Part shown: one piece after another, positions 11,951-22,770 of the stretch
Layout of the letters: each line of letters opens with the position of its first letter
Position numbering within the stretch: position 1 is the first letter of the stretch
NCBI RefSeq assembly: GCF_036321535.1
Contig: NC_087436.1
Span: forward strand, 118,980,001 to 119,044,000
Length of the DNA stretch: 64,000 bases
Origin: Camelus dromedarius
Lineage: Eukaryota
Reading direction: 5' to 3'
Translations under genes and position numbers: made by a program
Notes under the pieces: generated by a model
The model's database searches: none
Told to the model about the DNA's origin: nothing
What the model saw: only the letters and a program-made list of their open reading frames with translations

Positions 11951-13678
11951 ATGCACAATTTCTAGCACATAATAGCTAAAATATGTTAGCTATTATGTTT
12001 GTTTTATGTAACTTATTATTTTAGAATCGACAGGTGAGCTGGGCCGGAAGCCAAGCACCCAGATTTGGGCTTCGTCTTGCAGAGCAGTGATTCTCCCCCT
12101 TTACTGGGTCCTCTTGTGCTTTGGGACTCTGAAGACTCTGGACTCTCTCCCCACAAAATACCCATATTAAACATTGCCCCTTGTTTCAGGATCCATGGTC
12201 CTTTGCTGACTATAGGAACATGAAAGGCTGAACGGCTAAAGGGGCTGGAAACAGTAACGCCCTGCGGCAAGCCCTGGAAGGATGCTGGGAATGGTCAGTC
12301 CCACAGGCCTGAGCAGGCATGACGTCACTCCTGCCCCAGTCTCTGGCCTCTGCCCTTCCTGAGAGTCAGAAGAGAGGCTGGTCCCTCCTTGGGGTGTCAG
12401 TGGGAGCACGGGGCCTGCTTGGGTTAGAAGTGGAGGAAACACTTGCGGCTCCCAAAGAGGCCTGCTCACGAATCCATCCTGAGGAAGGGGTAGGAGCTGG
12501 GGGGCGGGAGAACACACCAGCACCGCGGGGATGTCCTTGTGGGCACTGGCTGCCAGGAGCACGTGTGTCCCAGGTCAGACTCTGAGCACCCGGTCCTTCC
12601 CGCTCAGCTCTGCGCCCCTTCTCAGTGGGCCCCCTTCTGCCTCCCCGGACACCCCCTGCCCCAGGCCTGGGCAGAGAAGGGAAGCGGGGTGGGGGGGCTG
12701 CAGGGCTTCCACTGGGCTCTGAGTCTGTCACCGCTCAGCCCTGAGGCCGCTCCTGCACACCCTAACCTCTCAGTGCCCTCAGTCCCCTTTCTGCCAAGTG
12801 GGACCCACGGCACGCCCCGAACAGGGGCAATAAGGAATAGAGGTGACAGATGTGTGTGGCTGGCACCCCGTGTGCGCCCAAGCAGCTGGTGACACTGTGA
12901 GGCTTTGGCTGGGGCTTCCGGTGGGGCGTTTCCCCACTCACATCTCCATGATCAAATCCTACTCATCCTACAAGGTCCAGCGCAAATATTGCCTCCTCCA
13001 AGAACCCTCCCAGGATTTTCCCAGCTAGAGACATAACTGGACAGTTTTAAAGCACTTTAAAGATGGTCGCACCTTTCTTTCAAGTCCGTGCCTTATTTTA
13101 ACTTCACATGCACTTTGTTTTCTAGTCTCTAATATAGCTGGATGTATCATAACAACAACAACACAATGACTGTCCGGGAAGGTGTCCCATGTGTCAGCCT
13201 ATATGCCTGGCTTCAAAAGCCCGGGCTGAGGAGTGTGAACGTAACAGGCCCCCGTCTCGCCCCCGCACGCACTGTCTAAGGTGCTCCCTGGGAGAGGGCA
13301 GCGCTTCGCCCGCCTTAATGGTGGGACTGCAGACACTGGCTCCCGGAGGGACACCATCATCTGCACCCTACAGCTGAGCCCAGCACGATGTTCATCTTTG
13401 TCCCCGGGGCCCTGGACTGCAGGGCAATTTAGCCCTGCCTTTGGCAGGAGCCAACAGATGACACAGGTTCCCGGGAGGCAGAGCCAAGCAGGCACCCCGC
13501 CCTCAGCTGAGCTACACGGCCGGGGCTGCGCTGCTTGATTGCCCAAACCTCAGTGTCTTCACGTGCAAAACGGGCCTGTGAGAGCCACCCTCCATGTGAA
13601 TTCGCGACGCAAGAAAGGGCGGCTGGGGGTCTCGCGCTGGCAGAGGGGCTCTGAGGCTTTCCAGACCGCAGCGCCCAC

Positions 13679-13848
13679 CTGATAGGTCTCGATCGGGCGC
13701 GCCTCCATGTTCAGGTCCCAGACCTTGACCGTGAGGTAATCCCGGGTGAGCATGTGCCGGCCGCTGTGGCTGAACTTCACGTCCGACACAGAGGAAATGA
13801 TTTCTGAGAAGAAGGAGCGGTTGCTGGGGTCCTCCGGCTCTTCAAATA
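13679..13848 (-). CDS. PPP2R2C: PPP2R2C coding exon 7 (170 nt; (L)[56 protein letters not shown])
   Basis: Lies within ORF 13559..13948. Acceptor tctccgcag|TA, donor CAG|gtgggc. Confidence 0.97.
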
Positions 13849-14266
13849 CTGCGGAGACAGAAACAACCATGTCACTGGGCCAAACCCACCCATGGGGTCC
13901 GAACCATAGGTGAGTCTGCTTCCACCTTGGGCTCACATGGTGGGTCATTCATTCATTCATCAAACCTATAACTAAATACAGGTCAGACACCAGCCCAAAT
14001 GGCTCCTCCAAAGAGAGAGGAATCATGTTCCTTGGAAGAACGTTTCTGAGCCTTTACTCTGAGCCAGATTCTATGCTGAGCCCCTTCCTGTGCATGACCT
14101 CATCTAATCTCCCAGTAAAAATGTCAGGTTTGTACCACTATTATTCCCATTTTATAGCCAAGAAAATCGAGGCGTGGATGGCTAAAAGCCATGCCTGAGG
14201 TCTCAGAGCTGGAAGTGGCGGAGCTGGGATCTGAGCCCACAGCTGCTCTCAAAGTGCTGCGCTCTA

Positions 14267-14280
14267 CTGCCACCTGCTGG
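14267..14280 (-). promoter_or_regulatory. CTCF motif CCAGCAGGTGGCAG
   Basis: Matches CCASYAGRKGGCRS at all 14 positions. Confidence 0.6.
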
Positions 14281-15016
14281 CGATTCTGGACACCAGGACT
14301 GTGAGCTGTCCGGGCATCCTCGAATGTGCTGGACTCCACCCTGGACTAGGCTGGGCACCGTTTGTGGCTCTAACTGGCCCCGGGGCCTCTGTTCACAGTG
14401 TCCTGGGCACTCACGGTAGAGCCCTGCGTGTAGGTACATTCTTTCCAGCTGCCACGGGGTTGTAGCGAAGTCCAGTCTCTCCGCCACAGACGCAGCTCCA
14501 GCCCCGTCTGCTGCCTGCCACCCACCTGCTGTTATCTGAGACCGGTTGCTCCACACAGGGAGTTGCTTTCCCGGCCTCTGAAGACAACAGCTCACTGCCC
14601 CTGCTGGAGATCCCAGTCTGGGACATAGTGGGCAGTGAGCGGCTCCCCGGGCAGCGTCCCCTTCCACCTGCCCCCTCCCCAAACCAGGCCTTCCTGACAC
14701 ACGGAGGTGGCCATGCAGCAGGACTTCCAAGCTCATGTCTGTTGCTGTCTGTCCCACAGTCTGCTCACCAACACCCTTACTGGCAAATCAGATCCTGCAG
14801 TGGTCCTGGTGCTGGAGCCTGGTGGAAACAAAGGTCCCTGCTGACCAAGCGTTAGGACTTGGGCTGCGGACAGGCCTAGGGCTCAAGGAAGAGGATGGGG
14901 TGGTGGGTTGGCAGCCATTTATAGCCAGTCTCGAGGGATTTAAATATTTGGCACCCCGTCCAGCTTCCCCATGGGAACCGGCCAAGTGGCTGCCCTCCTG
15001 CTGGCCTGTTTCCAGC

Positions 15017-15510
15017 CAATGAAATACTACTCAGTGATGAAAAAGAATAAAATAATGCCATTTGCAGCAACATGGATGGACCTAGAGATCGTCATTCTAA
15101 GTGAAGTCAGCCAGAAAAAGAAAGAAAAATACCATATGCTATCATTCATATGTGGAATCTGAAAAAAAAGAAAAAAGAAAAAAGAGGACACTAATGAACT
15201 GAACTGCAAAAGAAACAGGCTCACAGACATAGTAAACAATCTTGTGGCTACCCAGGAAAGGGGGTGGGAAGGGGTAAATTTGGGAATTTGAGATTTGCAA
15301 ATGATAACCACTATATATAAAAATAGACAACCCCTCTCCAAATTTCTTCTGTATAGCACAGGGAAATATATTCAATATCTTACAATAACCTTTAATGAAA
15401 AAGAGTATGAAAATGAATATATGTCTGTATATGCATGACTGTGACGTTGTGCTGTGCACCAGAGACTGACACATTGTAACTGACTGCACTTGAATACACA
15501 ACAACAACAC
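15017..15510 (+). mobile_element. 5'-truncated LINE-1 (ORF2 C-terminus + 3' UTR)
   Basis: Translation KNKIMPFAATWMDLEIVILSEVSQ..KYHM is the L1 ORF2p C-terminal motif, followed by an artiodactyl-type L1 3' UTR. Confidence 0.9.
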
Positions 15511-15774
15511 AGGAAAGCAGAGCTGATCACACGGCCCCAGAGGCTCACAGGAGTGTCCTTCCTACTGGCCCCTCCTGGTCACAAAGTCCCACATCCCACT
15601 TCCCAGGTCTGTCCCAGGCCCTGACCGCCCCCATCTGGGAACCTGTTCTCCCTCTTGTCCAAGGAAGACACTTGCTACTGTCTTTCCCAGAAATACAACT
15701 CCTGTTCAGCCCACCTCTGCAGGGTGTCTGGAAACATTTTATGCCATCGGATGCTCCCGTGTGCCACTGCCTGC

Positions 15775-16260
15775 GTGCAGTCATTCATTCTCTCAGTTAA
15801 CCAGCCTGTACTGAGCGCCCACCATAAGCCGGACACTGTTTGAGGCCCTGGGATGCTACAGTGAGCCACACAACACTCCGCCCTCCAGGAGCCCACAGTC
15901 TCCTCCCAGAGGCACACAATAAAACTCAGTGACCTGTGATGCCGTAAGGCAGTGGTGAGCACTGGAAGGAACGATAAAGCAAGGGAGGAGACAGAGAGAA
16001 GGGGGCTGATGATTTGGATGGATGGGGTCTCTGTGGGAGAGAACATGTGAGCAGGGATGTGAATGAAGTGAGACACCAGGGAGGAGGACTCCAGGCAGAA
16101 ACCATAGCACGTGCAAAGGTCCTGAGACGGGGGGAGCTATAGCCAGAGAAAGGCGTGAGCAAGAGGCCGTAAGCCAAGGGAAGAGTGTCATCTCATAGGC
16201 AATGGGGAGCCACAGAAGGGCTTGAAGAGGCGGGGGTCGGGGGATGGCAAGCTGTGGGTC
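15775..16260 (-). mobile_element. LINE-2 fragment (one of several; others near 7560-7930, 30500-30900, 38730-38975, 54520-54760, 62730-63260)
   Basis: cattcattc..tactgagcgcc.. and gcacgtgcaaaggtcctgag..aatggggagccacagaagg are typical L2 3' motifs; boundaries approximate. Confidence 0.65.
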
Positions 16261-17500
16261 TCTCCGGGATTCCCCTCCCAGCGGTGGCAAGGAGACCTCC
16301 TGGTGGTTTTAGCCTTGAAAACCTCTAATTTCTGATTGGTCATCTCACATAATCGTGCTTTGCACTCTGGTAATAGTAATTACACTGACATCTTTGTTTC
16401 TGCTGGTCTAAATAGTCCTAATTAAGCCAAAAATTAAATCAATGACATTCCCCTCTTCTCCCAGATGCCTGGAGTAAAGAAAAAAAATTCAATACTTGAT
16501 TTCTTACTTAAAGTGATGAGATGCTGTGTCGTCTTTAAATGAACAAGGGTCTAAATCAAGTATTTGGAAGAAATGGGGCAGAGAGTTTGACAGCAGAGTG
16601 ACCCCAAACTCTCAGCAGGGACCTGGTGGCCCCAGCATTGCCCCAGGTGGGAACCCTCTCTTGATTGAACTAGCATCTCTGTCACGAGGTGTCAGACAGA
16701 AGGTAAGATATAAAAGTGTAAGTGGGGGGGTCTGTCTCTCGCACCCTGACTTTGTACCCCTCGCATCTCCGTGGTGGTTTCCTCCAGCCTCCACCGAAAC
16801 CACTAGGGCTGGTCCAGCTCAGTCCGCCCCTGCACCCTGCAGAGCTCCTGGCCTCCTTGTGGCGGCAGGTAGGTGGATGGGACCACAAGCATAAAGGGAC
16901 ACCTGCGCCAGGTGACACAGACCCCTGGGCTGTGTCTTCTGCCAGCTGTAAGGAGCAGGAAACCACAGGCTTACAGGCTGAGAGGATGAGCTAACCACTG
17001 AGAACAGAAGCAGCGAACAGCCCCCTCAGCCTCAGTGCTGACTGATGATCCTTGGGCGTTTCTGATGTTTTTCTTTTTAAGCCCAAAAGCACCAGAACTG
17101 AAGAGGATCAGTGGGAAGGGACATTAACAAGCCTGAAACATTTACACCTAGAAGATCTCAGTTTTCAAACATTTCTATGAAATTGCTGATACAAGTATTT
17201 TTTTTTAATCAAAAGATTGCAGAATCTTCTATTTCATATCAGTCCCTTCCCACCTCTCCCCCCACTGCACACACACCTCATCCCCAGGGCATTTGTAAGA
17301 GATAAGGGTGGGGGGGGGGTCTCACTGCAAACTGATAGAATCACTAAGGACATTTCACAGTAATTATTGCTGCCAAGAGTTTAAAGAGTCGCGACTCAGA
17401 GCCCCTGTCACCCGCACTGGGCTCCATCCCACCTCTCTCCCTGCCCTAATTATCTTAAAGTTGGAGGGCTCTGAATCAGCAGAAATCTCCGTCCTATCTC

Positions 17501-17686
17501 AGTTTTTAAAACCTGAAGTACAGTCAGTTTACAATGTTGTGTTAATTTTTGGTGTACTCCATAGTGATTCAGTTATATATATATTTATTCTTTTTTATAC
17601 TCTTTTTCATTATAGGTTAGTACAAGCTATTGAATATGGTTCCCTGTGCTATATATGAGGACCTTGTTGTTTATCTATTTCATATG
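17501..17686 (-). mobile_element. LINE-1 3' end fragment (copy A)
   Basis: Reverse-complement similar to the 3' end of the 15017-15510 element; flanked by the direct repeat gtcctatctc (17491-17500, 17687-17696). Confidence 0.85.
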
Positions 17687-17699
17687 GTCCTATCTCTTT

Positions 17700-18038
17700 T
17701 TAAAAATTAAAAAAAATTTTTAAATTGAAGTATAGTCAGTAAACAATGTTGTGTCAACTTCTGGTGCACAGCGTCATGTTTCAGTCAGACATGTACACAC
17801 ATGTATTCCTTTTCATATTCTTTTTCACTATAGGCTACTATAAGATATTGAATATAGTTCCCTGTGTTCTACAGTATAAACTTGTTGTTTATCTATTTTA
17901 TATATATTAGTTAGTATCTGCAAATCTCAAACTCCCAATTTATCCCTTCCCACCTCTTTCCCCTCTGGTAGCTATAAGTTTTCTATGTCTGTGAGTCTGT
18001 TTCTGTTTTGTAAATAAGTTCATTTGTGTCTTTTTTTA
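17700..18038 (-). mobile_element. LINE-1 3' end fragment (copy B)
   Basis: Same family as copy A; flanked by the 16-bp direct repeat atggtcctatctcttt (17684-17699, 18039-18054). Confidence 0.87.
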
Positions 18039-19609
18039 ATGGTCCTATCTCTTTCTAATGATTTTGCATAATTAAGGCTCTTGCAGCCCTAGCTGGTTCC
18101 CTGACAAGCACATCTTCCTTTCTGGGTGTCTCACGGTGTTGTTGCATCACTCACAGGGGCAGGGTGGGGAGCCCCTTCCCTGCCATGCTCGCCAGCGTGA
18201 AGTGAAGGGTCCCGGGGAGGCTCTGAAGCACCTGTGATCTGAGGAAATAGAAATGAAGCCTCAGGTGGGGCCAGCCTTCCTCTCCAGCCTCACGCACAAC
18301 GCTGATGCGTCCCTCTTCTGCTTAAAGTCCTCCATGGCTCCCAGTGCCCAAGGATCAAGGTTCTATCTCCTCTAGGTAGCTGACAAGCTCCTTCCTAATT
18401 GGGCTGCAGCCAGTCTGCTGCCCCAGCCTCACATGCCCAAATTCCCCTCCTGCAGCCACATTCCAATGCCTTTTCCCAGGGTCCCAGGGTCCAGAGCCTC
18501 AGATGGGGTGAGACAAGCAAGACCCCCAGGGGACCTTATTGAACAACTAACTCTCAGGGTCCATCGTGCCTTAGGCATCTCTCTCACCTCATCCTAGTCC
18601 TTGCCCTGCCATGTACCAAGCAGTAGAGCAGAACAAAGCGCCGTGTGACCTCAGGTAAGCCCCTGAACCTCTCTGAGCCCAAATTCCCTCATCCGGAGAA
18701 CCAGCAGGATGTGACTCCCAGAGGTAACACCTGGAAGCACCTGTTCTGTGAGGGACTTGAGTAGATGCTCCATAAAACTGTGTAGCTGTTTTTATATTTA
18801 TTTTTTCACATTGTTTTCTCTCCCTGAAACTTCCTTTCCCATTTTTTGCCCCTATCTTTCCTATCAACTCCTACACATCCTTCGGAACCCCAGCTCAAAT
18901 GTCTTGTTCTTTGTGCTTCTTGTCCAGATGCCTTCCAAAGAAAGTAAATGCTCACACTTGCTTATCAAAGAGCCCCAGGGTACCCTCTTATAAGTCATTG
19001 GTGAAGATGCATGGTCACCTCATGGGGCTGTGAGCTCCTGGAGCAGGGGGTCCTGCCTCTGTCATGGGTCATCCTGGCATCCCTGCCCAGCCTGGAGCCA
19101 GGCTCAGAGCTCAGACTCACTCACAGAGTGGACAGAACCTCCAGGTGCTGCCTGCCCATGTGGTCTCTTCCCTTTCCAGACAAATTTCTCCCTCCACCTG
19201 ATATGATTCCACTTAAGTTTCCAGGCCCAGCAGTGAAGCTTGTATCTGCTGGAAGTGGCCTCTGAGGGCCTGTGGCTCTTGCTTGGTGTCACTCTGAGTG
19301 GCACCTGCTACATACCACTCTTGTTGTCAAAATGGTGGATGGTCTTCTCCGGGAATTGGTGGGGAGGTGGGGGTTAAACTGAGCAGGCAGAAATTATCAG
19401 ATGGGTCTGGGGTGATGGGAGGTTCAGGGTTAGACGGAAGAATTGCACTGGCTTCAGCCACACAATCAGGACACAGTGCAGTTGGTCTCAGTGAGACCGC
19501 GGAGAGGATCACAGACATACGGAGGTGGCGCTGCAGGTCCGCGGAGGCGGAGAGCACAGGAGGAGACAGGCTCGAGGAGTAGGTGGGTACTGCCTGGTCC
19601 TTGCTCTTG

Positions 19610-19623
19610 GTTGCCCTGGCAAC
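19610..19623. promoter_or_regulatory. RFX X-box GTTGCCCTGGCAAC
   Basis: 13/14 match to the palindromic X-box GTTGCCATGGCAAC. Confidence 0.5.
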
Positions 19624-21084
19624 GGGTCCCTCCTCTGCTCTGATGTGTGAGAACATCCACGTGAATGAGGACACATGTGTCCAGGCCAGTCCCGCCTCGG
19701 GCGCCAGGAGGAACTGGGGTCGGGGGGCATCCATGCAGCAGCAGGAGAAGCAGCGGGGTTGTGGATCACAGGGGACCCCTGGGTTCCCGGCACCTGTCAC
19801 TCCCCATGATGCCACTGTTGGGGGGGTGTCTCCTACGAGGCTGCCTTCCCGCCCCTGACCCCCTGCTCCCCCTGCCACTGGAACAGCTGAGACTGTGCAG
19901 AGGGGGCAGGGACAGTGAGTGACTCATTACAAGGCAAGGCGGTGGGCACAGAGAACACTCACCGATGGCAGGTTGACAACGGTCACTCTCTGCTTATAAC
20001 TGTCTCCTGCTCAGCACCATGTGACGGACCCCACTGGACAAAATAAAATCCATCCAACCTGTGGCCCCTGGCCCTGCATGATCTGCCCCCAACTTCTCCG
20101 TCTTTGCACCCCACAGCTGTCCCATCACCCCACCTGCAGCCCTCTTCCCCCTGCCCCTTCTCATCCCAGACTCACTCTTTTTTATTCTTCAAGGTGCAGC
20201 GATGTCTCCTGTGACCCCCTTAATTAAAACCACCTGCATCGGGGCAGCTGCGAAGGCTGCAGAAACGTCCCCGTTGTAGTGCTCCCTCTTACTCAGGAGT
20301 CTGCTTGCTCCGTGAAGGCCGGCGCCCCCTCTCCGCACGAAGCCTGGGGCCATCCCTCACCCCCTCTCCCACCCTCCGTGCAGCCGTGGGCAAAGCCGAC
20401 CTTCCATGCGGGTGCTGCGGATGCCCGGCTTCACTCCCTTCACTGACCACGCCCACCCTGCTCTGGGCATCAGCCCCCTTCACTGGGGTTACGGTGATCT
20501 CCCAGCTGGCCCCCACATCCACCCTCACCCCACAGATTATTCACCACTCAGTGGGCGGAAGGATCCTGTTAAAACACAGCCTGGTCAAAGCCCCCAGTGG
20601 TTCCTGTCCTTTCTGAGTAAACCCAGAGCCCCAGCCCCGGTTGGTAAGGCCCTCTTGATTCGGACCCTCTTCTCTCCACGCACATCTGACCTCACCTCCC
20701 ACCTTCCCCGACACTGCTCCTGCTGCACCGGCCTCAGGATCCAGCTGCAGGGCCTTTGCACCGGCCGTGCCCTCTGCTGCGGACTTTAGCCTGACTCTGC
20801 CCCCAGCTATCTGGAGCCTCCGCAACAGAGGGGGACAGGGTCTGGTCTTTCTACCCCAGATCCATTACCAGGGGTGAGTCCTGGGAGTCTATCCCACCCA
20901 GCTCCTTTAAATGAACTTGGCTCACCCACAATCCCCCCAAGAGTTCTTGGTTCTCGAGGCTTCTGTGAAGATTAAGTTAGAAAGCACAGGCTGATAGGCA
21001 TGAGATTACTGGAGCCTCTATCTTGGCTCTACTTAGCTGTGTGACCTTGAGAAAGGTGTCCTCACTTCTCTGTGCCTCCATATG

Positions 21085-21515
21085 ATAAGCCAGGTCCCCA
21101 AAGATGTCCACATCCTAATTCCTGGAGCCTGTACATATGGTACCTTACACGACAAAAGACTTCGCAGATGTGAAGTGAGTAAGGTAAGAGTCTCGAGCTG
21201 CAGAGATTACCCTGGATTCTCTGGATGGGCCCACTGTTATCACAGGACAGACGTAGGGAGGTCAAAGGCAGAAGAAGAGATGGGATGATGGAAGCAGGGG
21301 TTGGAGTGATGCATTTTGAAGACGGAAGGGGCCACGAGCCGAGGATTGTAGGTGGCCTCTAGAAGCCAGAGAAGACAAGGAAACACAAGGAATGAAGCCC
21401 TGGCGACGCCTGAATTTTAGACCTCTGACAGCTAGAATTGTAAACAAATATATTTGTGTTGTTTAAGCCCCCAAGTTTGTGGAAATTGTACAGCAACCAC
21501 TGGAAACCAACACAC
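21085..21515 (+). mobile_element. MaLR solo LTR (MLT1D-like) interrupting a MIR
   Basis: ccccaaagatgtccacatcctaat..gtgttgtttaagcc..aagtttgtgg hallmarks; MIR-like sequence resumes at 21515 (ctcagtttcctcacctgcaaaatg). Confidence 0.8.
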
Positions 21516-21697
21516 TCAGTTTCCTCACCTGCAAAATGAATAATCAAGTACCTCCATCCTAGGCTCCATCCTAGGGCAGCTCAGAGGATTAACTGAGAAG
21601 GAAACTCAAGAGCAGCACCTGGCGTGGTGCGAACACTTGATCAGTGTTAACTGCGGCTACCGCTTCCCCCAGCCCCAGGCTGGCACGTAGCGGGGGC

Positions 21698-21711
21698 CCA
21701 CCAGGGGGAGC
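21698..21711 (+). promoter_or_regulatory. CTCF-like motif CCACCAGGGGGAGC
   Basis: 13/14 match to the core consensus. Confidence 0.5.
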
Positions 21712-22559
21712 GACTGTCTTCACCATCTCTTCTAAGAAATTGCTCTGCTCTTGCACGTCCCTTCAGTTAAAAGCAGAAATAACTGTTTACTTGGAAGATT
21801 CCAGCACAGCTGTTTCCATGGTTACCCTGTCATAATGACTAACAGACAAAAGACCTGGATTTCTACTGCTTTGGAGAAAGACAGGACGCTGTGGGCTGGG
21901 CAGCAGCCGCCCTGTGATCTGCAGCTCTGCCGCTGACGGGAAGGGGCTGGGCAGCCACCGCACTTCTCTGGACCTCGGCTTCCTCATCTGTCCGACAGCA
22001 GAAGTCAGCACCTGACCCCAGACACCCTGGATTCAGTGGACAGAAAACCACGGTCTAACCTGCCGCTTGGGGAAAGGAGGTGGTGACCATGCATCTCTAG
22101 GGGTGTCGCGGTCCGCTACCCCCTCCCTGAGCTCTGCGTCACAGCTGGATAAATGGGGAGAAGCAAGACATAAAGAACAGGTTCCAACCTCCAAGTCTCC
22201 TTAAAGAAAAGAAATCTAGCTTGAATAACCACCACTTGTTGTGATTAAAAACAAGACCAGTGACACCCTAGTGGACACTTGTCTGTGTGCTCAGCTTCTC
22301 GTGAGGCCTTGGAACAAACGTGATCTGGAGAGAGGGCACAGCGAGGCAGGTATTCCTCCTTACTACGTAGTCACGGCGAGTTACATGAGGAAAAAAAGGC
22401 ACTTCAAAGGCACAAAGACAGGTCAGCAATCCTCTCACTGGCATGAATGAGAAAGTTCCTGTTTCAAATACTGAGTTTGAGAATGAAAAAAAAAATCCTA
22501 GAAAAATTTAAAATATAACCTTTTTAACACAACAGTAACTCCAACAGCCAACCTATATA

Positions 22560-22770
22560 AACCAATAATTGAAAAAGATTTAGCAAGTGAGTTTTACTGA
22601 GACTTCAAGGAGTAAACACATTATACTGTCCCAGGAAAAGAAAGAGAGAGAAAGTTCATTTTACAAGACAACAATAATCTTAACAAAACTGGGCAAAGTG
22701 TGTAGGCAAAGAAAATTTAAGGCCAACTTCATCTGTGAGCATTTATGCAAAAAGCATAAATTTTTGCAAA
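22560..22770 (+). mobile_element. Ancient L1 ORF2 fragment
   Basis: A-rich tract resembling the L1 segment just before the RT domain (gtgagttttac..tcattttacaag..aaaatttaaggccaa..tgcaaaaa). Confidence 0.55.
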
